26,217 nt of DNA, from assembly GCA_964445215.1 (NCBI GenBank), contig CAYUKF010000006.1:1-26217 (forward strand). Direction: 5' to 3'. Below the pieces are notes generated by a model. It saw only the letters and a list, made by a program, of their open reading frames with translations, made no database searches and was not told the DNA's origin. A program made the translations under genes and the position numbers. Shown here in pieces: positions 19,174-26,217 of the stretch; the stretch's first letter is position 1; the number at the start of each line of letters is the position of its first letter. Source of the stretch: an uncultured Thiotrichales bacterium. Its GTDB lineage: Bacteria > Pseudomonadota > Gammaproteobacteria > GCA-2400775.

Positions 19174-19620
19174 ATGGCTAGAAAAGCTAAAGTGGCAAAG
19201 ATCATTCCGATCAAGCCTGAAATTACCTCCGAAAATAAATGCGGCTTTTGCCAAGGTAGCAAATGTTGCAGTTATGTCACACAGGAAATTGATACCCCCA
19301 AGTCGAAGAAAGATTTTGATCATCTGATGTGGGTCATATCTCACGGTGATTTGGAGATTTATAAAGATGATGACGGCTGGTATTTAATGATTCCACAGAA
19401 ATGTAATCATTTACTGCCTGATGGTCGTTGTGGCACCTACGACACGCGACCACAAATTTGTCGTGACCACACTAACGATTTTTGTGAATATGACCAACCA
19501 GCAGAAGAAAGCTTCAAGCTACACTTTCGTAATGATAAAGAGCTCGACAAGTATTGCCGTAAGCGTTTTAAAAAGTGGGATGGACGTCACGAGCAATGGG
19601 CGAAGAAAAAGGCCAGTTAG
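19174..19620 (+). CDS. YkgJ-family cysteine-cluster protein (CxxCxxCC putative Zn/Fe-chelating domain)
   Basis: CGFCQGSKCC, C.HL..DGRCG.Y..RPQICR, FCEY. Confidence 0.82.
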   Translation: MARKAKVAKIIPIKPEITSENKCGFCQGSKCCSYVTQEIDTPKSKKDFDHLMWVISHGDLEIYKDDDGWYLMIPQKCNHLLPDGRCGTYDTRPQICRDHTNDFCEYDQPAEESFKLHFRNDKELDKYCRKRFKKWDGRHEQWAKKKAS

Positions 19621-19787
19621 TTTATTGCTGAACATAATTCGCCAACATATTCGGCAGACTTATATTAAGTAATTTTCCCTTGCTGATTGCTGTGAGCCTG
19701 GTTTATTAGGGCAGTCTTAAAACAGCATCAACTTCATGCCAATAAACATACTGGCAAATTCACCAGTGTGAGGATAGCTCAGACACT

Positions 19788-20333
19788 ATGCCGAAGACGC
19801 TGCCACGTATCATTGATAAATCGACTCTTGCTAAAACTCGTTTGTTTAAAATTGAAGCCTTGAAACTAGAGTTCAGTAATGGTGTTACGGTCGAATATGA
19901 GCGCTTGCTCAGCTCATCAGCGGGTGCCGTCTTAATCGTACCGATGCTGGATAACGATACCGTTTTACTCATTCGCGAATACAATGCCGGTGTTCATCGA
20001 TATGAGTTGGCCTTGCCGAAAGGCCGTGTTGAGGCTGGAGAGGATTGGCTCGACGCCGCTAATAGAGAAATAAGAGAAGAAATTGGCTATGCAGCACATT
20101 CACTTGAGCATTTGCGTACAGTCAGTATCGCACCGGGTTACCTCAGCCATGAAACACACCTTGTATTGGCACAAGATCTTTATGAGAGTCGCTTACAGGG
20201 TGATGAACCTGAAGAGATTGAAGTAATCCCTTGGCAGCTAAGCGAGCTTGATAAACTATTTGCCAGTGGCGAGATAAGTGAAGCACGTAGCATAGCTGCC
20301 TTATATATTGTGCGAGACAAATTAAAAGGATAG
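19788..20333 (+). CDS. nudE: ADP-compounds Nudix hydrolase
   Basis: LF.IE.L.LEFSNG....YERL, GAV.IVP, EY.AG...YEL.LPKG, Nudix box GRVEAGEDWLDAANREIREEIG, EARS.AAL; upstream of cysQ. Confidence 0.93.
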   Translation: MPKTLPRIIDKSTLAKTRLFKIEALKLEFSNGVTVEYERLLSSSAGAVLIVPMLDNDTVLLIREYNAGVHRYELALPKGRVEAGEDWLDAANREIREEIGYAAHSLEHLRTVSIAPGYLSHETHLVLAQDLYESRLQGDEPEEIEVIPWQLSELDKLFASGEISEARSIAALYIVRDKLKG

Positions 20334-20338
20334 CCAAC

Positions 20339-21157
20339 ATGTCGAATGATGAACTTAATCGCTTATTACCTGCGGTGATAGAAATTGCCAAGCGTGCAGG
20401 TGAAAAAATCTTGCAGGTCTATGAGCGTGAGTTTGAAGTGACAGAAAAAGAAGACCGCTCTCCATTGACTGAGGCTGATATGGCTGCTCATCATTGTATT
20501 GTTGCAGGGCTAGAAAAACTGACGCCAGAGATTCCAATTTTATCCGAAGAGTCGGCAAAAATTTCTTTTGCCGAGCGCCAATCTTGGCAGCGTTATTGGT
20601 TGGTGGATCCGCTCGATGGTACGCGAGAGTTTATTAAACGTAATGGCGAATTCACAGTCAACATTGCCTTGATTGAGAACCATGATTCTGTACTCGGTGT
20701 TATTTATGTGCCGGTACAGAGCCTTAGTTACTATGCTGCGCGTGGACATGGTGCGTTTAAGCAGGAAGATGGCACAGTAGCCACTAAAATTACCAGTAAA
20801 ATATGGCAAGGTGGTACGCTTAAAGTTGCTGGTAGCCGCTCACATCGTGGTAATTCACTCGATGGCATGCTTGAGAAAGTTGGTGATTACGAAATAATCA
20901 GCATGGGCAGTTCATTAAAATTATGCCTGGTTGCGGAAGGCGTCGCCCATATCTATCCACGTTTTGGGCTGACATCAGAATGGGATACTGCCGCCGCGCA
21001 ATGCATTGTCGAAGAGGCTGGTGGTCGTTTGACTGAAATGTCATTCGAACCACTTAAATACAATACTAAAGATTCGTTGTTGAACCCGTGGTTCTTTGTT
21101 GCAGGAGATTTAGATCTCGACTGGCAGCAATACATCCCAGATGATGTAGAAGCATAG
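20339..21157 (+). CDS. cysQ: 3'(2'),5'-bisphosphate nucleotidase
   Basis: SPLTEAD, ILSEE, WLVDPLDGTREF..RNGEFTVNIALI, GSSLK.C.VAEG, EWDTAAAQC.VEEAGG. Confidence 0.96.
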   Translation: MSNDELNRLLPAVIEIAKRAGEKILQVYEREFEVTEKEDRSPLTEADMAAHHCIVAGLEKLTPEIPILSEESAKISFAERQSWQRYWLVDPLDGTREFIKRNGEFTVNIALIENHDSVLGVIYVPVQSLSYYAARGHGAFKQEDGTVATKITSKIWQGGTLKVAGSRSHRGNSLDGMLEKVGDYEIISMGSSLKLCLVAEGVAHIYPRFGLTSEWDTAAAQCIVEEAGGRLTEMSFEPLKYNTKDSLLNPWFFVAGDLDLDWQQYIPDDVEA

Positions 21158-21171
21158 TAGAGGAGTAGTTT

Positions 21172-22185
21172 TTATTTACCCCAACGTGAGGATATATCAC
21201 TACTAAATTCTTCCCAGGCGCTTTTTGCGGCAGCGCCAAGTTTCTTGCCTATTTTCTTTTTCTGTTGGAATTTAATCTCAAAGAGATCAGCAACCTTGCT
21301 TTTCTCTAACAAGTAATCGTCGCTAGTCATGAGTTCATCGACCAGTTTAAGTTCTAATGCTTTTTGACCATACCAATGCTCACCTGTCGCGACTTGCTCT
21401 ATATCCAATTCTTTACGGTACTCAGTAATGCTTGATTTAAACAAATCATGAATTTCTTCTAAGTCTTGTTTTAACTTTGCGCGATCTTCGTCGGTATTTT
21501 TACCGAACATGGTTACCGTACGCTTATATTTTCCTGCCGTAATTTGTTCAAAATCGACACCGTGTTTTTCTAATACGCGGCGAAAATTAGGTATTTGTGC
21601 CAGCACGCCAATGGAGCCAATAATAGCAAACGGCGCCGCAATAATTTTGTTTGCAGTGCACGCCATAAGATAGCCGCCACTTGCGGCCACCTTATCTACC
21701 GCGATAACCAGCGGTATCTCACGTTGACGAATGCGCAATAATTGTGAGGCCGCCAAGCCATGTTCATGCACAGTGCCGCCGGAGTTTTCCAAGCACAGCA
21801 GCACTTCATCTTCTTTGTTGGCAATGGTGAGTAGTGCAGTGATTTCTTCGCGTAGTGATGCCACCGCTGTGGCACGAATATCTCCCTTGAAATTTAACAC
21901 AAAAAGTCGTTGTTTAATTTTATCAGAATCTTCTTTTTTCTTGGCCTTATTTTCTTTCTTATGTTTTTTGTTTGTCTGTTTAAGTAGCTTTTTGTCTAAC
22001 ACTTCATGCTCTAATAGTTGACGCATGGTATCGTATTTTTGGTTAATATTTTTTATGATCAGACGCTCTGCAGTTTTATCGCGACGACTGAGAGAGAAAA
22101 CAATGGTTAATGCGATAACCAGAGCGATCAATAAGGTCGCCGTTTTTGCAAAGAAAAGTCCGTATTCAATTAGTGCTGAAATCAT
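21172..22185 (-). CDS. sohB: S49 family inner-membrane peptidase SohB
   Basis: EYGLF.AKT N-terminal TM, Lys-rich linker, FVL.FKGDI.A..V.SLREEI, LENSGG.VH..GLAASQL.R, DKVAASGGY.MAC, IIGSIGV.AQIPNF, TAG.YKRT.T.FG, VATGEHWYG. Confidence 0.95.
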   Translation of the reverse strand: MISALIEYGLFFAKTATLLIALVIALTIVFSLSRRDKTAERLIIKNINQKYDTMRQLLEHEVLDKKLLKQTNKKHKKENKAKKKEDSDKIKQRLFVLNFKGDIRATAVASLREEITALLTIANKEDEVLLCLENSGGTVHEHGLAASQLLRIRQREIPLVIAVDKVAASGGYLMACTANKIIAAPFAIIGSIGVLAQIPNFRRVLEKHGVDFEQITAGKYKRTVTMFGKNTDEDRAKLKQDLEEIHDLFKSSITEYRKELDIEQVATGEHWYGQKALELKLVDELMTSDDYLLEKSKVADLFEIKFQQKKKIGKKLGAAAKSAWEEFSSDISSRWGK

Positions 22186-22236
22186 TATAATTCCTAGTTT
22201 ATTCTATCCAGTCGGCGATAATGTTAGATGCAGTGG

Positions 22237-22635
22237 TTAGTTAACTAATGGTGGTAGCGTGATTGTTCGTAATTCTCGCTGATTTAAAGGCAGCCCATCG
22301 CCGCCGTCGAGAACGTTAAAGTGCAAGGTGTCAGCATTTTGGTGATATAGCGCCTTATAAAAAGCAGTCATCTGATGTGACAGTAAAATATCATCCTCAC
22401 GGAAGCCAGCAACGTATAGTAGGCCGTTTTTACTTGGGTGTATTGTAATTACCTGTCGGCGCCTGTCATCTACTCGTATTTGAGGGGTGCTCACTGTAAA
22501 GCCATAAGTTGCCTCAACTTGTGATGCCCTTTCGATTTGATAAAGTTGTGCTTGATTGTTTATCCACCAGCCCCAGCCGATGAAAGCAGCGCAGATAAGG
22601 ACGAAGGTGAGTGACAGGTAGCCAAGTGTTTTCAT
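22237..22635 (-). CDS. Hypothetical single-pass membrane protein with a weak PDZ-like segment
   Basis: 132-aa ORF with ATG start; TM segment LGYLSLTFVLICAAFIGWGWW; VITIHPSKNGLLYVAGFREDDILLS resembles PDZ 'V..V.P..PA..AGL..GD.IL'. Confidence 0.6.
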   Translation of the reverse strand: MKTLGYLSLTFVLICAAFIGWGWWINNQAQLYQIERASQVEATYGFTVSTPQIRVDDRRRQVITIHPSKNGLLYVAGFREDDILLSHQMTAFYKALYHQNADTLHFNVLDGGDGLPLNQRELRTITLPPLVN

Positions 22636-22676
22636 CGTAGCGTCGACCTAGGCGTGAAGCGACAAAACATGGGAGA

Positions 22677-22735
22677 TGGTGGCCAGGGACGGAATCGAAC
22701 CGCCGACACGGGGATTTTCAATCCCCTGCTCTACC
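22677..22735 (-). pseudogene. Exact 59-bp copy of the 3' part of tRNA-Phe (mid D-loop to CCA), with a degenerate 5' continuation to about 22765
   Basis: 22677-22735 is identical to 22825-22883; the tRNA 5' acceptor strand is not conserved in the copy. Confidence 0.85.
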
Positions 22736-22824
22736 CTGACGCTGCGCGTCCCCGCTACCCTGCGTTGTAGTTGGGCAATAAATTTATTATTAATGGTTTC
22801 ACGCATATTGGACACGTAAATAAA

Positions 22825-22900
22825 TGGTGGCCAGGGACGGAATCGAACCGCCGACACGGGGATTTTCAATCCCCTGCTCTACCGACTGAGCTACCTGGCC
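22825..22900 (-). tRNA. tRNA-Phe (GAA)
   Basis: GGCCAGGTAGCTCAGTCGGTAGAGCAGGGGATTGAAAATCCCCGTGTCGGCGGTTCGATTCCGTCCCTGGCCACCA: 76 nt, full cloverleaf, GAA anticodon, encoded CCA. Confidence 0.98.
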
Positions 22901-22927
22901 ATTTGTCAGGCCAGCGCGAAGCCGGAT

Positions 22928-22956
22928 ATTAAACGCGTTTGGGCTGTGTACGTCAA
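22928..22956 (-). promoter_or_regulatory. sigma70-type tRNA promoter
   Basis: Minus strand TTGACG-N17-TTTAAT followed by a GC-rich discriminator-like stretch, ~27 nt upstream of the tRNA. Confidence 0.65.
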
Positions 22957-22977
22957 GTTGAACCAACATGAATATGT

Positions 22978-23247
22978 TTATTCAGGAGCTACATAGCCTT
23001 CAGGCTTGGCGCAGCCATCACCAAAAAAGAATTTTTCCATCTCTGCTTCAAGGAAGCTACGTGCCTTAGGATCAAGCGCGCTGAGACGATTTTCGTTAAT
23101 GAGCATGGTTTGGTGGCTTAACCATGCCTGCCAGCCTTCTATTGATACATTGTCAAAGATACGTTTGCCAAGCTCGCCAGGATAGGGGGCGGCTTTTAGA
23201 CCTTCGGCTTCTTTTTTTAGGTGTACACACTGTACTGTACGGCTCAT
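22978..23247 (-). CDS. yggX: Fe(II)-trafficking / oxidative damage protection protein
   Basis: [15 protein letters not shown]...[29 protein letters not shown]; ATG 23247 overlaps the mutY stop (TAATG). Confidence 0.96.
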   Translation of the reverse strand: MSRTVQCVHLKKEAEGLKAAPYPGELGKRIFDNVSIEGWQAWLSHQTMLINENRLSALDPKARSFLEAEMEKFFFGDGCAKPEGYVAPE

Positions 23248-24311
23248 TATAGTTTTCCAAATAGTGCGTAATTGAACTGCTGCAGTAATTTGCTTACGGG
23301 TGCGGCCAAACCTAGTGATGCTGGCTGCTGACGATTGTACCAAAGCTGAGGTGCGCTCTCCATGACAATTTCCGAGTTGTCAGTAACTTGAGCATGTATT
23401 GGCGTGACATATAAACGGTAATGAGAGAATGTATGGCTAAATGGTGTTCCATTTAAAATATTGTCTATGCCAAGGCCAAGCTGTTGCTGACACCATTGTG
23501 CAATGTCAGTTTCAATATCACATTGAGGGAAGCACCATAAGCCACCCCAGATGCCGCTTGGTGGACGTTGCTGTAGCAAGATCTCATTTTGCTTATTGCG
23601 CAGCAGTAGCATGATGGTATGTTTTTCAGGCAGAGTGCGCTTAGGTTTCTTGCCTGGGTAGAGGGCGACCGATTCTGTTTTGAAAGCGACACAGTGTTTA
23701 TTCATTGGACAGAGCTGACACAGTGGTTTACTGCGGGTACAAACCGTTGCGCCAAGATCCATAATTGCCTGAGTATAGTTAGCAACTCTTCTTGTCGGCG
23801 TTTGTTGCTCTGATATATCCCATAGCCGTTGCTCAACAGCAGATATACCCGGCCAGCCTCTTATACCAAAGCAGCGTGATAGCACACGTTTTACGTTGCC
23901 ATCAAGTATTGGCTGGCGTTGGTTTTTTGATAAGGACAAAATCGCAGCGGCGGTAGAGCGGCCAATACCAGGCAGATTAATCAATTGTTCTAAGGTATTA
24001 GGAAGCTTAGCATCGTGTTCGCGGCAGATGATTTGCGCCGTGCGATGCAGGTTGCGCCCCCTGGCGTAATAACCCAGCCCGCTCCAATGATGCAATACCT
24101 CGTCGATTGAGGCAGCGGCCAGTTTTCCTACACTAGGGAAGCGTACGATAAAACGCAGATAATAAGGGATAACGGTTTTGACCTGCGTTTGTTGCAACAT
24201 GATCTCCGACACCCACACATGATAGGGAGATTGTTGTTGCCACGGCAGGTCTTTGCGACCGTGCTGATCGAACCAGCTAAGCAGGCGGTCGCTAAATTTA
24301 GCTTCAGCCAT
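23247..24311 (-). CDS. mutY: A/G-specific adenine DNA glycosylase
   Basis: [44 protein letters not shown], Hh[22 protein letters not shown], [4Fe-4S] CTRSKP.C..CP...C, H.FSHY.L. Confidence 0.98.
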   Translation of the reverse strand: MAEAKFSDRLLSWFDQHGRKDLPWQQQSPYHVWVSEIMLQQTQVKTVIPYYLRFIVRFPSVGKLAAASIDEVLHHWSGLGYYARGRNLHRTAQIICREHDAKLPNTLEQLINLPGIGRSTAAAILSLSKNQRQPILDGNVKRVLSRCFGIRGWPGISAVEQRLWDISEQQTPTRRVANYTQAIMDLGATVCTRSKPLCQLCPMNKHCVAFKTESVALYPGKKPKRTLPEKHTIMLLLRNKQNEILLQQRPPSGIWGGLWCFPQCDIETDIAQWCQQQLGLGIDNILNGTPFSHTFSHYRLYVTPIHAQVTDNSEIVMESAPQLWYNRQQPASLGLAAPVSKLLQQFNYALFGKL

Positions 24312-24318
24312 TTTCTGT

Positions 24319-26217
24319 CTAAAACAAGTTTTTAAATTTACTTTTCAGTTTATCTTCTATATTTTCTTTTGGTGCTTCCGTGGTGACACCAGTTTCGCCA
24401 CTGTCATTAGCTGCGGCATTATCTTTTATACCTAGCTTGTCGAACAGCTGGCCTTTGAGCCGGCCTTTCTCTTTATCGATTTTTTCTTTGGCTTTTTTCT
24501 TAGTTTCGTCACTAATCATAGCTTTTAAATCAGGCTTGAACTTAGGATTGGTGAAGGTGCCGCCAATGTTTACAGGTATTTTTAAGCCTTTAAGGTTGGC
24601 AAGTTCTTTGCCACCTTGGCCTTTCGACGTCTCGACGATCGCAACTTCAATAAAATAATCGATTGACTCATTGACAAGGTTAGCTTTGCCGCGACCAGCG
24701 ATGCGGAAAAAAGGTGACTTCATTAAAAGATCTTGGTTTTGTAAAAGACCACTTTTGATATTGACAGTACCACTAAGCTCGGCAAAATCAGTTTGTTGCA
24801 GTTCATCATTACTACTTGTTTTTTTGCCGGATAACTTTGCTTTAGCATCGCGAATAATCTTTGATATGTTGATGCCTTTCACTGCACCGTTAATAAAAGA
24901 AAACTGAATATCGCCATTGGCTGTTTTCTTTATTTGCTCTGGTGTCGAACCACGCATAGTGAGTTTTGCCTTAGCGTTGACAGTGCCGATGATTTTGTCG
25001 TCATCGATTAAATCTTTGAGTAAGGTGCCAGCATTCACACCTTTGAGACTTTCATTGACCGAGATGATGGGCGTGTCAAGATTACTATTGAGCTGAATAT
25101 GGCCTTGATAGCTACCATTATAAAGCGTGGCAGTTAACGGATGCAACGTGATTAAACCGCCTTTTGCTGTCAATGTAGTCGCCAGCTGAGTGAGCGTTAG
25201 TTGATTGATTTTAAGTGTACCAACATCAAATTTGGCATTAGCAGTTAAAGTGCGCAAGGGGTGCATCCAGCTATTATCAACCGCTCCCGGTGTAGTGGCA
25301 GGGCTGTTGCTGGTGCTGGTGCCGGATGCTGGCGTGTTGGCAGTAGCACTATCTTCCGCCGTGGGGGGTAGGTAGCGATCGAGGTCGATGTTATCTAATT
25401 TTAGTTTGGCGTTGATCGAAGGCTTGCTAAACTCAGAGATACTGAAATCACCACTTAGCCGCGTATCATCCAGTTTGACGCCAAGACTGGTTAGTGACAG
25501 TTTATTAGTATTGCCAGCAAAGTCGAGGCTAAGACTTGTCTTTGCCAAGACAGCGGGGTCAGCAGTTTCTATGGTGATACCAAGTTTTGATAGTAGCTCA
25601 CGTAAAGAAAATTCGTCGATATCAAGCTGACCTTTAAATTGAGGCGAACTAGATAATTGGCTAGCTGTTAATTGTCCTTTGGCATGAATGTCTAAGGCAG
25701 TAAAGGCAAGGTTTTGCAGCGACAACACATCCTTTCCAATGTCCAAGCTAAGGTCACTGCTGAGCCTTATTTCCATTGCTTGCATTGGTAAGGCAGGCCC
25801 ATTAAGCGTGCTGATGAAGTTGAAATCACTAATAGCAACCAGTTGATTAGCTAAATCAACGCTGGTAACGCCCTTTATATTGATGTGTCCGTCAATGACC
25901 TTAGGCTCACTATCGACATCAAAGTCGATTTTTAGCGCCACAGGTTTGCCTGGCAAGATAGTGCCGACGTTTAGATCAAAGCCACTAACCGTGAATTTTT
26001 GCGGTGTTTGTTGATCATCCCAAACAATCTCTGCATCACGGACATCAATACCACCAATACTAAATGCTGAGAGACCAACCAGTGCACCACCATTTTCAGA
26101 CTGTGATGCTTTTTCTGTGCTGGCTCCGGTTAGGTCGGCCCAATTACTCACGCCTTGCTTATTAACGCCAAGGTAAAGCTTGAGCCCGTGTAACGTAATG
26201 GCATCGGCTTTAATTTC
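24319..26217 (-). CDS. asmA: AsmA family protein (5' end lies outside the window)
   Basis: Frame open from the window edge (EIKADAITLHGLKLYLGVNKQGVSNW...), so 26151 is not the true start; LDDTRLSG, LD.IDLDRYLPP, A.LY.G.Y.G, G...F...NGAVKGINI, TDFAELSG, N.DL.MKSP.FRI.G.G.ANL....IDY; usual neighbour of mutY. Confidence 0.9.
   Translation of the reverse strand, partial: EIKADAITLHGLKLYLGVNKQGVSNWADLTGASTEKASQSENGGALVGLSAFSIGGIDVRDAEIVWDDQQTPQKFTVSGFDLNVGTILPGKPVALKIDFDVDSEPKVIDGHINIKGVTSVDLANQLVAISDFNFISTLNGPALPMQAMEIRLSSDLSLDIGKDVLSLQNLAFTALDIHAKGQLTASQLSSSPQFKGQLDIDEFSLRELLSKLGITIETADPAVLAKTSLSLDFAGNTNKLSLTSLGVKLDDTRLSGDFSISEFSKPSINAKLKLDNIDLDRYLPPTAEDSATANTPASGTSTSNSPATTPGAVDNSWMHPLRTLTANAKFDVGTLKINQLTLTQLATTLTAKGGLITLHPLTATLYNGSYQGHIQLNSNLDTPIISVNESLKGVNAGTLLKDLIDDDKIIGTVNAKAKLTMRGSTPEQIKKTANGDIQFSFINGAVKGINISKIIRDAKAKLSGKKTSSNDELQQTDFAELSGTVNIKSGLLQNQDLLMKSPFFRIAGRGKANLVNESIDYFIEVAIVETSKGQGGKELANLKGLKIPVNIGGTFTNPKFKPDLKAMISDETKKKAKEKIDKEKGRLKGQLFDKLGIKDNAAANDSGETGVTTEAPKENIEDKLKSKFKNLF

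Noticed and set aside
22223-22229. Integron attC-like inverse core (ATCTAAC on the minus strand) 7 nt after the stop of the orphan ORF 22237-22635
   Set aside because: No matching GTTRRRY or attC palindrome follows, the upstream end (CCTAGGT) is a poor core match, and there is no intI; a 7-mer is expected by chance.
25270-25375. Ser/Thr/Ala/Pro low-complexity segment in AsmA
   Set aside because: Variable linkers at this position are common in AsmA proteins; no tandem DNA repeat underlies it.

Overview
Mostly housekeeping chromosome of a gammaproteobacterium. Order: fxsA, groES-groEL (sigma32/sigma70-like promoter plus a perfect CIRCE, intrinsic terminator), an unexplained small-ORF interval, a lone pilU-type ATPase, ilvE, a zf-CHCC zinc-finger protein, then an LPS core/lipid A cluster (waaL, GT2, TagB/F-like transferase, OpsX-like GT9, DUF6165-like protein, kdkA, lpxL, waaA). 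After that come tolC-pcm, TPP riboswitch-thiC-YkgJ-like, nudE-cysQ, sohB, an orphan membrane protein, tRNA-Phe(GAA) with a nearby degenerate copy, yggX-mutY and a 5'-truncated asmA. No CRISPR array, transposase, integrase or phage gene was seen. The most unusual signal is non-coding. Three intergenic elements (1-135 partial, 5746-6012, 16839-17104) share length where complete, a branched hairpin architecture, GTAC/GTAT ends and short invariant motifs (central CGCCCGAAGGG; ACGGCGTTGC), while their stems differ between copies yet stay perfectly paired within each copy. A fourth nested-hairpin element (14568-14734, TTAA ends) supplies the last codons of tolC. All family and domain calls are from motif recognition by eye; no database search was run.
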